Of a DNA stretch of 51,691 nucleotides, positions 30,145 to 40,943 are shown piece after piece. The stretch is from Ignavibacteria bacterium. GTDB taxonomy: Bacteria > Bacteroidota > Ignavibacteria > Kapaibacteriales > Kapaibacteriaceae. How positions within the stretch are numbered: the stretch's first letter is position 1; each line of letters opens with the position of its first letter. The stretch lies in contig CANGZU010000004.1 of assembly GCA_947458785.1 (NCBI GenBank), positions 1 to 51,691 on the forward strand. The letters run 5' to 3'. The notes beneath the pieces are model-generated. The model saw only the letters and a program-made list of their open reading frames with translations. It was not told the origin of the DNA and did no database searches. Made by a program: the position numbers and the translations under genes.

Positions 30145-32376
30145 CTACGCTACCGAGCTCATGCTTGATTCGTCAAACATCTTGAGCAGCTCACGCTTGA
30201 GAAGTTGATGCTCATCCCGCCGCAGCTGAGGGTCTTGGTCGAGCACGGAGAATGCATCATTGCGGGTTGTACCAATAAGTTCGGCGTCCGTTACGAGATC
30301 GGCGAAGGTAAAGTCCGGCACGCCACTCTGACGCGTCCCCATAACGTCGCCCGGGCCGCGCAATCGCAGATCTACTTCTGCAATGCGAAATCCATCAGTT
30401 GTCTCTTCCATGGTCTTGAGACGGACGGGTGCCTTTGCCATGTCCTCTGCGTGCGCAGACCGATGTAGCTGATAGCGAAAGTGGTCCTTCGTTGCCAGAA
30501 AACAATATGATTGTTCTCCGCCCCGACCTACCCGGCCGCGCAACTGATGCAGTTGTGACAATCCAAATCGCTCGGCATTTTCAATCAGCATAACGGTTGC
30601 ATTCGGAACATCAATACCAACCTCGATAACTGTGGTTGATACCAGGATGTCAAACTCACGCGCAAGAAAGGCCTTCATCACATCTTCTTTTTCGTTCCAC
30701 GCCATCTGACCGTGCAAAAGCCCAACGCGCAGATCGTCGAACACCGAGTCGCATAGGTATTGATAATGCTCCACTGCGCTCTTAGCATCGATCTTCTCGC
30801 TCTTCTCAACAAGCGGGTAGACAATGTAGGCCTGGCGGCCAGCAGCGATCTCAGTACGGATGAACTGGTGAACATCAAACAACTTTGATTCAAAGACCAC
30901 GTGCGTCTTGATCGGCTTACGTTGAGCAGGAAGCTGATCGATCACCGATGCGTCGAGGTCACCATAGAGCGTCATAGACAAAGTGCGTGGAATGGGCGTT
31001 GCCGACATCACCAGGATATGCGGAGTGCGCTGGCCTTCTGGATGGGAGTGCTGTCCAAGACGCTTGAGCTCTGCGCGCTGCGCAACACCAAATCGGTGTT
31101 GCTCATCAATCACAATCAGTCCAAGCCTATTGTAGACCACGTCTGACTCAAACAATGCATGTGTCCCAATAACGATGTTAGCACTTCCGTTAGCGATCTG
31201 CTCAAGCACTGCTGCGCGCGCCTTCTTACGCTGTGAGCCTACGAGCTGTACGATTCCCAATCCGTGATCAGGTCCAAGGAGACGTTGAATTCCGTGATAA
31301 TGCTGCTCAGCTAGAATCTCAGTGGGCGCCATGAGCAGTGTCTGATAGCCGTTATCGACGGCACTGAGCATGCACAACAGAGCAACAATCGTCTTGCCCG
31401 AGCCAACATCGCCCTGTAGGAGTCGGTTCATTGGTGTTCCTGACGTCATATCGGCAACGATCTCACGAATGACGCGCTTCTGCGCTGTCGTAAGCTCAAA
31501 CGGCAAATGCTCTATCAATGTGCGCGCTCTTGCACTTTGTGCCTGCATCGGAATGCCCCTTTCAGGACGCTTACGAGAGCGTCTGCGCGCTGCGAGCAGC
31601 AGTTCAAAGAGGAACAGCTCCTCATACTTCATCCTCCAGCGAGCACGATGAATATCCGCATGACTACTTGGGTGGTGCAAGGCGTTCAACGCGTCGGCCC
31701 TTGCCATGAGTTCTCGGTGCTGCAGCAGCGAAGTCGGCAATGGATCGTGGAGTTCGGACATCACCTTTTCGAGACACTGATCCACGATCGAGCGGAGCAG
31801 CTTCATCGTGATGCCGGCCTGTGTCATCCCCTGTGTGATCCGATAACGCGGCAGGATCGCGCCCGTTCCATACTGCTCTATCTCCTCTTCATCAACCAGT
31901 TCAAGTTCTGGATGGTGCATAGAGAGTGTATTCCACCGCGTGTCGAATTGAGGTGATCCGTGCACAACAAACGTTTGCCCCGGCTGAAGAAGTTTTGTGT
32001 AGTAAGGGATCTGATTCCAGAACACCAGCTGCAGGATGGCCTGGGAGTCATCTGTGAGATCCACTTGGAGCATAGTACGCCCCTTACCAACAGTCCGCTT
32101 TTCTGCGCGCACGACTGATGCAACGATCGAGATCTGCTGTTGCATTGCACTGAAACCGGAAGCCTCTTCGTTCCCTGAGGTTGATGCGCTGCGCTGCGAC
32201 TGACGCAACTGAGCGATGCTGTTCACACTACGCCTATCGACGTAAGCCCTGGGAACGTACATCACTACATCACTGTAGCTAACAAGCCCCTCTGTTGCGA
32301 GTGCTTCAGCTCGTCGAGGGCCAACGCCTTTGAGGTACTGAAGCGGCAGTATCGTGGGTGTTCCTTCCGGTTTCAT
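30145..32376 (-). CDS. recG: ATP-dependent DNA helicase RecG
   Basis: QGDVGSGKT, DEQHRFG, SATPIPR, QLHQLRGRVGRG and RGPG motifs. Confidence 0.97.
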   Translation of the reverse strand: MKPEGTPTILPLQYLKGVGPRRAEALATEGLVSYSDVVMYVPRAYVDRRSVNSIAQLRQSQRSASTSGNEEASGFSAMQQQISIVASVVRAEKRTVGKGRTMLQVDLTDDSQAILQLVFWNQIPYYTKLLQPGQTFVVHGSPQFDTRWNTLSMHHPELELVDEEEIEQYGTGAILPRYRITQGMTQAGITMKLLRSIVDQCLEKVMSELHDPLPTSLLQHRELMARADALNALHHPSSHADIHRARWRMKYEELFLFELLLAARRRSRKRPERGIPMQAQSARARTLIEHLPFELTTAQKRVIREIVADMTSGTPMNRLLQGDVGSGKTIVALLCMLSAVDNGYQTLLMAPTEILAEQHYHGIQRLLGPDHGLGIVQLVGSQRKKARAAVLEQIANGSANIVIGTHALFESDVVYNRLGLIVIDEQHRFGVAQRAELKRLGQHSHPEGQRTPHILVMSATPIPRTLSMTLYGDLDASVIDQLPAQRKPIKTHVVFESKLFDVHQFIRTEIAAGRQAYIVYPLVEKSEKIDAKSAVEHYQYLCDSVFDDLRVGLLHGQMAWNEKEDVMKAFLAREFDILVSTTVIEVGIDVPNATVMLIENAERFGLSQLHQLRGRVGRGGEQSYCFLATKDHFRYQLHRSAHAEDMAKAPVRLKTMEETTDGFRIAEVDLRLRGPGDVMGTRQSGVPDFTFADLVTDAELIGTTRNDAFSVLDQDPQLRRDEHQLLKRELLKMFDESSMSSVA

Positions 32377-32394
32377 CGCAGAAGGCCGTTCGTG

Positions 32395-33495
32395 TTACTT
32401 CACGAAACCGTCGATGATCGTCATCCAGTTATGTGCGTCAGGAGCTGCACCAGTGCGAATGTCAAGAAGCTGCTGCTTAAAGCCAAACATGAGAGCATCC
32501 TGCTTAATCTCGAGATGATAGTCCTCACCATCGATGCCTACCGTTGTGATCGGCGCTACAGATGCCGCCGTACCCACACCGAAAGCTTCGGTGAGAGACC
32601 CATCGAGAATGCGCTCCCGAAGCTCCGTAACAGATACTGATCGCTCGTCGATTGGGATGCCCTGTTCTCGCGCCAAGACAAGGATAGAGTCGCGGGTGAT
32701 ACCATCAAGAATCGTATCGCCCAGCGGAGCTGTTGTTAGTACACCGTTGATAAAGAACATGACGTTCATTGTGCCCGACTCTTCAATGTACTCGTGCTCA
32801 TGAGCATCTGTCCAGAGCACCTGGTCGTAGCCTGCTTCGTTGGCCAGGATTGTTGGCAGCATAGCTGCAGCGTAGTTACCGCCACACTTTGCGTATCCGG
32901 TTCCACCCTTTGAGGCACGCGTATACTGACGCTCGACGCGCACACGCAGAGGCTTCGGGTATACTGGGCGAAACGGGCCACCACCGACAAGGAACATGAA
33001 TTCTTCGGATGGCTTTAAGCCGATGCGCTCTTCTGTTGCGATAACGAACGGACGGATGTAGTAGGCCGAGTCGGGTCCTGGTGGCACCCATTCTCTTTCA
33101 AGGTCCACAAGTGTGTGCACAGCATTTGCAAACATGTCTGTCGGCACCTCAGGCATAGCCATTCGGCGCAGCGAAGCATTAAATCGTTGTGCATGACGAT
33201 CTGTTCGGAACACGCCGATACGACCATCATTCATGCGGTATGCCTTCATCCCCTCGAATACCTGCTGGGCGTAATGCAGACCCAACGACAGCGGGGTAAG
33301 CTGCAACGGCCGGTAAGGGGCTATGCGCTCTTTACGCCATTCCATGTGGGCGTACTCGGCGATATAGAGGTGATCGCTCGGTACATTGGAAAGCTTCAGA
33401 TTCGCCACAGCGTCTGCGTCGAGTCGTGGGTTGGTGCATCGATCTATAGGAAGTCGCATGCGCGAATCTATGGAGTTCGGTTGAGTCAACATCAA
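32395..33495 (-). CDS. ilvE: Branched-chain amino acid aminotransferase
   Basis: LHYAQQVFEGMKAY, YIRP, AKCGGNY, EESGTMN and ILDGITR motifs; start may be ~12 codons further in. Confidence 0.94.
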   Translation of the reverse strand: MMLTQPNSIDSRMRLPIDRCTNPRLDADAVANLKLSNVPSDHLYIAEYAHMEWRKERIAPYRPLQLTPLSLGLHYAQQVFEGMKAYRMNDGRIGVFRTDRHAQRFNASLRRMAMPEVPTDMFANAVHTLVDLEREWVPPGPDSAYYIRPFVIATEERIGLKPSEEFMFLVGGGPFRPVYPKPLRVRVERQYTRASKGGTGYAKCGGNYAAAMLPTILANEAGYDQVLWTDAHEHEYIEESGTMNVMFFINGVLTTAPLGDTILDGITRDSILVLAREQGIPIDERSVSVTELRERILDGSLTEAFGVGTAASVAPITTVGIDGEDYHLEIKQDALMFGFKQQLLDIRTGAAPDAHNWMTIIDGFVK

Positions 33496-33515
33496 TGTGT
33501 TGATATCTTCGCCAC

Positions 33516-34406
33516 ATGAAGAATGAACATCCTCTCGTTGTTGTCTGCGCTACTATCACCGAAATGCACGCTCAGATCGCGCAGGCCCGAAGCACGGGGA
33601 AGTCTGTTGGATGTGTTCCTACCATGGGATATCTCCATGAGGGGCACGCCTCACTCATTCGTGTCGCTGCTCAAAACCACCCATTCGTGGTTGTCTCGAT
33701 TTTTGTGAATCCGACGCAGTTTGGGCCCTCGGAGGACTTTGAGCGCTACCCTCGCGATCTGGAACGCGACATGCAGATTGCAAGTGAAGCAGGGGCAACG
33801 CATGTATTCCTGCCGAGTGTTCAGGAAATGTACCCCGACGAGGTCCGCTCCACCATTCACATAGACGGGATTACGGATGTGTTGGAGGGGGCAAGCAGAC
33901 CAACGCACTTTGATGGCGTGGCAACAGTAGTTGCGCGGTTGTTCCAGGCCATGTTACCCGACGAGGCCTACTTCGGTCAGAAAGACCTACAGCAGACCCT
34001 TGTTATTCGCAAACTCGTGGCTACGTCAACGGACGATGCTGTGCGCTCAACAAAAGTTACCGTTCTGCCAACGGTGCGTGAAGAAGATGGGCTTGCCAAG
34101 AGCTCACGCAACGTCTATCTCAACGACGTCGATCGGCGCGATGCCACGGCGATCTACGATGCGTTGTGCTCGGCCCGCGATCAGATAGTCGCCGGATGCT
34201 CATCGCGCGCAACCATCGAACTGCTGATGAAGGTGATGCTTCAGCGTGTTGATCGCCTAGAGATTGACTACGCAGTTGCAGTTGAAGCTGAATCACTTCG
34301 ATTAGACTCCGATACCCTGCCGGCCCATGTTGCCCTCTGCATAGCAGCGCGACTTGGGGGAACAAGGCTCATCGACAATATGCTTGTCGAACGTCCTACA
34401 ACGTGA
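33516..34406 (+). CDS. panC: Pantoate-beta-alanine ligase
   Basis: PTMGYLHEGH, FVNPTQF, FGQKD, SSRN and RLIDN motifs. Confidence 0.96.
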   Translation: MKNEHPLVVVCATITEMHAQIAQARSTGKSVGCVPTMGYLHEGHASLIRVAAQNHPFVVVSIFVNPTQFGPSEDFERYPRDLERDMQIASEAGATHVFLPSVQEMYPDEVRSTIHIDGITDVLEGASRPTHFDGVATVVARLFQAMLPDEAYFGQKDLQQTLVIRKLVATSTDDAVRSTKVTVLPTVREEDGLAKSSRNVYLNDVDRRDATAIYDALCSARDQIVAGCSSRATIELLMKVMLQRVDRLEIDYAVAVEAESLRLDSDTLPAHVALCIAARLGGTRLIDNMLVERPTT

Positions 34407-34851
34407 TCCGATAGAGCAGCCACTCATTCATGCAGACAGCCCCCTGCTTGGTATAAAACTCACGTGCCGTGGTGTTCCAGTCGAGCACCTGCCAGTCTAC
34501 CCTGCCACATCCGCGTTGCCTAGCTTGGCCTACGACAAAATCGAACAGTAATCTTCCGAACCCATTCCCTCGGTGCGACTCGAGAACGAAGATGTCCTCA
34601 AGGTACATTGTTGGTAATGCTAGGAACGAAGAGTACGTCTCGAGGATGATCGCATAGCCAACCGCCTGACCTAGTTCTGTATCAAGCAGGTAGGCCTCAA
34701 TGCGCGGCATCGACCCAGTTATATCTTGATGCAGCCGATGTTTGGCTTCTTCCGTCGGACGGTCCAAGTGCTCGTAGTCAGCAAGGGCACACACGAGCGA
34801 AAAAAACTCCTCAAACCGAGATGCATCAACCCTTCGAACTACTCCGTTCAC
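34396..34851 (-). CDS. GNAT family N-acetyltransferase (diamine acetyltransferase-like)
   Basis: YLEDIFV, RGNGFG and WQVLDWN motifs; GTG 34851 just after the dsbD stop preferred as start. Confidence 0.85.
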   Translation of the reverse strand: MNGVVRRVDASRFEEFFSLVCALADYEHLDRPTEEAKHRLHQDITGSMPRIEAYLLDTELGQAVGYAIILETYSSFLALPTMYLEDIFVLESHRGNGFGRLLFDFVVGQARQRGCGRVDWQVLDWNTTAREFYTKQGAVCMNEWLLYRITL

Positions 34852-34852
34852 C

Positions 34853-36859
34853 TTAGAGGGCCTTCTCAAGGAATGCTACAAACAGTCCCGGATTGGAACG
34901 GAACTGCGTCTGGAACCCTGTCTGAGCTACGTACGTCCCATCTGACTTAAGCAATACGTACAACGGGTTGGCTACCGTACCGTAGGTCTTCAGGATATTC
35001 TGATTGGTAATGTAGGGCTCTGTCTTTCTGTCGGTATAGAGCTGCACAAGAACGAACTTCTTGAACTGTTCAACGACATCGGGCCTTGGGAAGACATCCT
35101 TCTCCATGAGCCTGCAATTCACACACGCAAATCCGGTAAAGTCGATAAAGATCGGCTTGCCTTCACGAGCAGCAATCTTCTTTGCTTCATCAAGGTTGTT
35201 AAGCCAGACAAGCCCACCATGTGCATCAGAAGCTTCCTTCGAAGGAGCCTGCGATGTTGATGCAATGACAGCCGTACCATTCATCTGGGCGAGAAGCTCA
35301 TGGTAGTTTTCAGGCGGGAGTAACGCTTCGAGGTCTGCGGCAAGGGGCTTGCCTAACATACCTGCGGCAAACCAAAGACCAAGCGTTGCGAAGATGACAG
35401 CAAAGAGTGCACGTAGGCCGCCGATGCGCTCAACGGGTGTATCAAGTGTGAGTTGGTAGGTACCCAAGATGTAGAGCACGATCAGAAGACAAACACCAGC
35501 CCATATGGCAAGAAAGACTTCACGCGGCAGCAGCCCAAGTCCAAAAATGAATTCGGCTGTGGAGAAGAACTTCACCGCAGCGGCGATCTCGAGAAATCCC
35601 ATCACAACTTTCAGGTTGTTCATCCAGCCGCCTGCGCGTGGTAGTCGCACAAGCAACGACGGGAACATCGACAGCACAACGAACGGGATGGCAAATGCTG
35701 TGGCAAAGCCGAGTGTGCCAACGGCCGGGTAAAGGTAATCGCCTCCCGAGGCACTCAGCAGCAGTGTGCCCACAAAAGGGACCGTACAGGTGAAGGACGT
35801 CAACGAGAATGTTAGCCCCATGAGGAGAACGGAGAATACTCCATCGCCTTGCGACTTCTTGTTGAGCGCGTTCATGATCGAGACAGGAACTTGAATCTCG
35901 AACGAGCCAAAGAGATTAAAGGCCAACGCCATGAACAACAAGCCAATACCAAGATTCAACCATGGGTTGGCGGCCAGATCCTGAACGGCCGTTCCGCCGA
36001 ACAGGATTGAGGCAATGATGCCCACTGCCGTGAATGTCGAAATGATGCCAACCCCGAAAAGCACACTATCGCGCAGGCCAGAGCCTTTGGTCTTCTCGTG
36101 GCGCTTCGTAAAGAACGATACGGTGATTGGAATCATTGGGAAGACGCACGGCGTGAGCAACGCCAGAAAGCCGATTCCCATGGCATAGAGGAAAAAGCTC
36201 AGAAGCCCCTTACTCTTTTCTGCCTCGATTTCCTGCTGCGTATCCATAGGAGCAGCAACAGTTTCCGATGCCTTGCCTGGAAGATCTGCAGGTGCTGATT
36301 CCGTCGTATCCTCGAGTGGGAGAGCTGCGCTGGATGCTACGTCTGTGATCGTAATCGAAACTTCCTGCGGCATATCCTCTGAGGGCAAGCAGGCCGACGT
36401 GTCGCAGAGCTGCATGAGGAAATTCACGCTGGCCTTTTGCGTTCCTTTTGGCAGTGTGGGCGACAGACGCACGGGGATTCGCAGTTCAATGCTACCTGAG
36501 AGCTCTTCAACGTTTGTCTCCCACGTTTTATCAAAGGCTGTATGCGCTCCCTTGGTGAAACGGGGCTTACCAGCGATTTTGAGAGCAGACTTAGGCCCGA
36601 CTGTGACGACTGTAGCCTCAGGTCCGAGGCCGTCGGGTCCGACTGCAGGTGTTAGACCGTAGCTATGCCAGTGCTTGGCAATCTTGGCCGCAACAACAAT
36701 CTCAACGGTATCGCCTGCACGCCCACTGATCGGGGCAACCGGCGCAAATGTGATCTTGTTTTTCGCAGATGGCATCTGTGCTGCAAGATTAGCAGCAGAA
36801 AAGCCGAGGCAGATGACCAGGGCAACATAGCAGCGAACTACGGCGCGTACGTGTTTCAC
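34853..36859 (-). CDS. DsbD-like thiol:disulfide interchange protein
   Basis: N-terminal Ig domain with C-x4-C, TM domain with TPCVFP and FTCTVP, C-terminal thioredoxin CVNC. Confidence 0.92.
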   Translation of the reverse strand: MKHVRAVVRCYVALVICLGFSAANLAAQMPSAKNKITFAPVAPISGRAGDTVEIVVAAKIAKHWHSYGLTPAVGPDGLGPEATVVTVGPKSALKIAGKPRFTKGAHTAFDKTWETNVEELSGSIELRIPVRLSPTLPKGTQKASVNFLMQLCDTSACLPSEDMPQEVSITITDVASSAALPLEDTTESAPADLPGKASETVAAPMDTQQEIEAEKSKGLLSFFLYAMGIGFLALLTPCVFPMIPITVSFFTKRHEKTKGSGLRDSVLFGVGIISTFTAVGIIASILFGGTAVQDLAANPWLNLGIGLLFMALAFNLFGSFEIQVPVSIMNALNKKSQGDGVFSVLLMGLTFSLTSFTCTVPFVGTLLLSASGGDYLYPAVGTLGFATAFAIPFVVLSMFPSLLVRLPRAGGWMNNLKVVMGFLEIAAAVKFFSTAEFIFGLGLLPREVFLAIWAGVCLLIVLYILGTYQLTLDTPVERIGGLRALFAVIFATLGLWFAAGMLGKPLAADLEALLPPENYHELLAQMNGTAVIASTSQAPSKEASDAHGGLVWLNNLDEAKKIAAREGKPIFIDFTGFACVNCRLMEKDVFPRPDVVEQFKKFVLVQLYTDRKTEPYITNQNILKTYGTVANPLYVLLKSDGTYVAQTGFQTQFRSNPGLFVAFLEKAL

Positions 36860-36966
36860 GACTCTCTCACAAGTGGTTGAATACGGCGGAAGGGGCGTAA
36901 ACTACGCAACAGAGCGGACTTCGTATTTTGCTGGACTTTCTCACGACGAACTAATGACAACAACTT

Positions 36967-38400
36967 ATGGCCTCACAAACTACGCTTGACGCAATCCTCT
37001 CGCTCTCGAAGCGAAAAGGGTTTGTTTACCAATCTTCTGAGATCTACGGTGGGCTTAACGGCTGCTGGGATTTTGGCCCACTTGGGGTCGAGCTTCTCCG
37101 GAACATCAAGGACTCATGGTGGAAGGCAATGACCTACCGCTCTGACATTGTCGGCATCGACTCTTCAATCCTGATGCATCCCAGGGTATGGGAGGCGTCA
37201 GGACACGTTGGGCAGTTCTCCGACCCAATGATTGATAACAAAACGTCGAAGTCACGTCATCGTGCAGACAATCTGATCGAAGACTTCATATTCCGCCTGC
37301 GCAATAAGGGCAAGACAGAGCAGGCCGATGCCATCGAACAGGCGCTCAACAGTTCATCAAACAATGAGGATCTTCACACGATCATCATGTCGAACAATAT
37401 TCCCGATCCAATCTCCGGAACAACTGATTGGACGGAGGTACGCAATTTCAATCTGATGTTCGAGACGCATGTGGGTCCCGTTGCCGACGCGGCAAACGTT
37501 GTCTACCTGCGACCAGAGACTGCCCAGGGGATCTTTGTGAACTTCAAGAATGTCATGGAATCGGCCCGCATGAAGCCTCCATTCGGCATTGCACAGATCG
37601 GCAAGAGTTTCCGCAACGAGATCAACACAAAGAATTTCCTGTTCCGCACCCGTGAGTTCGAACAGATGGAGATGCAGTTCTTTATCAAGCCCGGCACGCA
37701 GGACGAATGGTTTGAATATTGGCGCAATGCCCGTTGGAATTGGTTCACGGAGACGCTCGGTATAGACGCCGCGAAGCTACACCGCAAGCCCCATGAGAAG
37801 CTCGCTCACTATGCTGCAGCAGCAGAAGACATCGAGTATCTCTTCCCATTTGGATGGGGCGAGATTGAAGGTATTCATTCTCGAACCGACTTCGACCTGG
37901 GGCGCCACCAGGAGTTCTCAGGCAAGAAGCTTGAGTATGTCGACACTGCCACGAAGGACAGATTCACTCCGTACGTTATTGAGACGGCCGTTGGGGCCAC
38001 GCGGACGTTCATGGCTGTTCTCTGTGATGCCTATCGCGAAGAGCAACTCCCAACGGATGATGGCGGCACCGATACACGGTCAATGCTGAAACTCAAGCCG
38101 TCGATCGCGCCGATCACTGCTGCCGTTCTGCCACTTGTGAACAAGGACGGAATGCCCGAAGCCGCCGAGAAGATCATAACGAACCTTCAGCAGCACTTCC
38201 GCGTTGACTACGACACAAGTGGAGCGATTGGTCGCCGATATCGCCGTCAGGATGAAGTTGGAACGCCGTTCTGTATCACCGTTGACGGTCAGACACTAAG
38301 CGACTCCACGGTTACGCTTCGTGATCGGGACACCATGCAGCAAGACCGTATACAGGTTGATGCACTGGTAGCCGAGATCCAACGTCGAATGCATTCATGA
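36967..38400 (+). CDS. glyQS: Glycine--tRNA ligase (alpha2 type)
   Basis: YLRPETAQG, FRNEI, REFEQME and IGRRYRRQDE motifs. Confidence 0.96.
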   Translation: MASQTTLDAILSLSKRKGFVYQSSEIYGGLNGCWDFGPLGVELLRNIKDSWWKAMTYRSDIVGIDSSILMHPRVWEASGHVGQFSDPMIDNKTSKSRHRADNLIEDFIFRLRNKGKTEQADAIEQALNSSSNNEDLHTIIMSNNIPDPISGTTDWTEVRNFNLMFETHVGPVADAANVVYLRPETAQGIFVNFKNVMESARMKPPFGIAQIGKSFRNEINTKNFLFRTREFEQMEMQFFIKPGTQDEWFEYWRNARWNWFTETLGIDAAKLHRKPHEKLAHYAAAAEDIEYLFPFGWGEIEGIHSRTDFDLGRHQEFSGKKLEYVDTATKDRFTPYVIETAVGATRTFMAVLCDAYREEQLPTDDGGTDTRSMLKLKPSIAPITAAVLPLVNKDGMPEAAEKIITNLQQHFRVDYDTSGAIGRRYRRQDEVGTPFCITVDGQTLSDSTVTLRDRDTMQQDRIQVDALVAEIQRRMHS

Positions 38401-40034
38401 GCCCCCTTCGAAGACTTGTCCTCATCGTCACGATTGCTGTAGCACCCGCTGCAGCGCTCGCCTACACGGATGATGCATATGTGCGCATTGCGAAGGCCAT
38501 CGAGGCCTTTGGGGAAGTATTCCGAGAAGTACAGGTGCGCTATGTAGACCCTGTAGATCCCATCGAGCTTGTCGATGTCGGGATCAGTGCTATGCTCGAG
38601 CATCTCGATCCGTACACGGAGTACTTCGTGGGCGATGAGTCCGAAGACATGCAGAATTTGACCACGGGCAACTACGTGGGAGTAGGCATCGTTGTCGACG
38701 AGGTAGACAGCGCACTCTACATCGCAGACCTCAGGCAGGGTGGATCAGCGCTTGAGTCGAAGGTCCGGATTGGAGATCGCATCGTGCGGGTTGATACCGT
38801 CTGGGCAGACTCGCTGGATCAAGAAACACTGCGCACTCATACACGCGGGGAAGAGGGTACATCGGTGTCGATGTGGCTGCTCCGGGCTGGCAGGCCCGAC
38901 ACGATGAAGGTTATGCTCGAGCGCCGCGCACTTCAGCTCGAGTCGGTCTACGCGGCCGATCGACTCGGACAATCGGTTGGCTACGTTAAACTCACGCGAT
39001 TTACGAGCACAACTCGTGATGAGCTGTTGGAATCGATACGCGCATTAGAACGTTCTGGTCCGCTGAGTGCCCTGGTCCTTGACCTACGTGACAACCCTGG
39101 AGGACTGCTTGAAGCTGCTATTGGTGTTACCGAACTATTCGTTCCGCAGGGTCGTGAAATCGTAACGACGCGCGGACGAGCATATGAAGAGACCCGTCTC
39201 TATGCCTCAACAAGGGCACCACAATACCCGAAGCTTCCGCTGGCCATCTTGATCAATGCCAATAGCGCAAGCGCCAGTGAAGTTGTGGCCGGAGCGATCC
39301 AGGATCTCGATCGTGGGGTGATCATTGGTGAACGTTCCTACGGAAAAGGATTCGTTCAGTCGATGGTGCCGATCTCACAGGGATCTTCCATCCTCAAACT
39401 GACAACTGCTCGCTACTTCACTCCCTCTGGACGCTGCATCCAGCGCATCGATAAGCGTGGTGCAGATCCATCTGGTCAGAAAGAATCGTTTGCCACGGCG
39501 GCTGGACGCGCAGTAGAGGCGCGACACGGGATCGATCCCGACACTATTGTCGTCGATTCCGTCCTACCCACAGTGCTGCACAATCTCGAGAGCTCAGGGG
39601 TTATCGGAATGTTTGCTACACAATATGCTGCCCGGTTTGCCAGCCTGCCGCAGGACTTTGAAGTTCGCAAGCCCCTTGTCGAGGAATTCCTGCGCTATAT
39701 CACGAGTCTGCCCACGAAGAAGCGCGATCCCCTCTTGCAGACCATGCAACGGTTGCAACGCGGATTCGACGGAATGAACATGCAGCAGGCAACCAAGACG
39801 GCCATCACGAATCTCCAAGCGCAGATAGAACGTGAGTACATAGCACTAGTTCGGTCGCACACCCCGCTGTTGCAACGGTTGCTTGATGAGCAGATTCGAT
39901 TGCGATTTACGACCGGAAACGTACAATATCTGCGCACACTGCTCGACATACCAACCGTGCTGACAGCTTACGAGGTTCTACGAGGCCCGAAATATGGTGC
40001 ATTCCTCGCACCGAAATTGCCGTCAGATCAGTAA
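38397..40034 (+). CDS. S41 family carboxy-terminal processing peptidase
   Basis: LDPYT, PDZ region, DLRDNPGG, SASASE and GKG motifs. Confidence 0.92.
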   Translation: MSPLRRLVLIVTIAVAPAAALAYTDDAYVRIAKAIEAFGEVFREVQVRYVDPVDPIELVDVGISAMLEHLDPYTEYFVGDESEDMQNLTTGNYVGVGIVVDEVDSALYIADLRQGGSALESKVRIGDRIVRVDTVWADSLDQETLRTHTRGEEGTSVSMWLLRAGRPDTMKVMLERRALQLESVYAADRLGQSVGYVKLTRFTSTTRDELLESIRALERSGPLSALVLDLRDNPGGLLEAAIGVTELFVPQGREIVTTRGRAYEETRLYASTRAPQYPKLPLAILINANSASASEVVAGAIQDLDRGVIIGERSYGKGFVQSMVPISQGSSILKLTTARYFTPSGRCIQRIDKRGADPSGQKESFATAAGRAVEARHGIDPDTIVVDSVLPTVLHNLESSGVIGMFATQYAARFASLPQDFEVRKPLVEEFLRYITSLPTKKRDPLLQTMQRLQRGFDGMNMQQATKTAITNLQAQIEREYIALVRSHTPLLQRLLDEQIRLRFTTGNVQYLRTLLDIPTVLTAYEVLRGPKYGAFLAPKLPSDQ

Positions 40035-40039
40035 CTTTG
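40032..40039 (+). promoter_or_regulatory. -7 promoter element upstream of sigma factor
   Basis: TAACTTTG, 40 nt before ATG 40080. Confidence 0.5.
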
Positions 40040-40079
40040 CAGTCTTTCCCCGCAAACGTCTCATAATAGGTCCCTGTCC

Positions 40080-40943
40080 ATGAGGATTACGAAACAATAC
40101 ACCAATCGCGAAAGCCAATCACTCGACAAGTATCTCCAGGAGATCGGACGAGTTGACCTTCTAACTGGTGATGATGAAATTGTGTTGGCCCAAGCTATCA
40201 AGCGTGGCGGTTTTGAAGGCTCCATGGCTCTTGAGCGCTTGGTCAAAGCTAACCTCCGGTTTGTGGTGTCTGTTGCGAAGCAGTATCAGAATCAGGGACT
40301 TTCGCTTGGCGACTTGATCAACGAAGGCAATCTAGGATTGATCAAGGCCGCAAAGCGCTTCGATGAAACACGCGGGTTTAAGTTCATTTCCTACGCCGTT
40401 TGGTGGATTCGTCAATCGATTCTTCAGGCACTTGCAGAGCAGTCACGTATCGTACGTCTACCACTCAATCGAGTCGGTGCTCTCAACAAGATTGGCAAGA
40501 AATTCTCAGAACTTGAACAGCAGTACGAGCGCGAACCAACCGCAGCTGAGCTGGCAGAACAGCTCGAAATGTCGATCGCGGAGATCTCTGAGACAATCAA
40601 GATCTCGGGACGCCACCTCTCGGTTGATGCGCCGTTTGTTCAAGGTGAAGACAACCGTCTTTTGGACATTCTTCCAAACGATCAACAACCGCCCCCTGAC
40701 AGCGAGTTGATGCGTGAATCTTTGCGCGTCGAAGTGCAGCAGGTTCTCAATACCCTGAGTGAACGTGAAGCCGAAGTCATTCGCCTCTATTTTGGTCTCG
40801 ATGATCAGCAGGCTCTGACTCTCGAAGAGATCGGCGAGAAGTTTAACCTTACGCGTGAGCGGGTTCGTCAGATCAAGGAAAAGGCCATCCGCCGTCTGCG
40901 TCATGCATCGCGTTCGAAAGCTCTCCGCACCTACCTCGGTTAA
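40080..40943 (+). CDS. rpoD: RNA polymerase sigma-70 factor, Bacteroidota/Chlorobi short SigA type
   Basis: [23 protein letters not shown] and TRERVRQI motifs; lacks region 1.1. Confidence 0.93.
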   Translation: MRITKQYTNRESQSLDKYLQEIGRVDLLTGDDEIVLAQAIKRGGFEGSMALERLVKANLRFVVSVAKQYQNQGLSLGDLINEGNLGLIKAAKRFDETRGFKFISYAVWWIRQSILQALAEQSRIVRLPLNRVGALNKIGKKFSELEQQYEREPTAAELAEQLEMSIAEISETIKISGRHLSVDAPFVQGEDNRLLDILPNDQQPPPDSELMRESLRVEVQQVLNTLSEREAEVIRLYFGLDDQQALTLEEIGEKFNLTRERVRQIKEKAIRRLRHASRSKALRTYLG

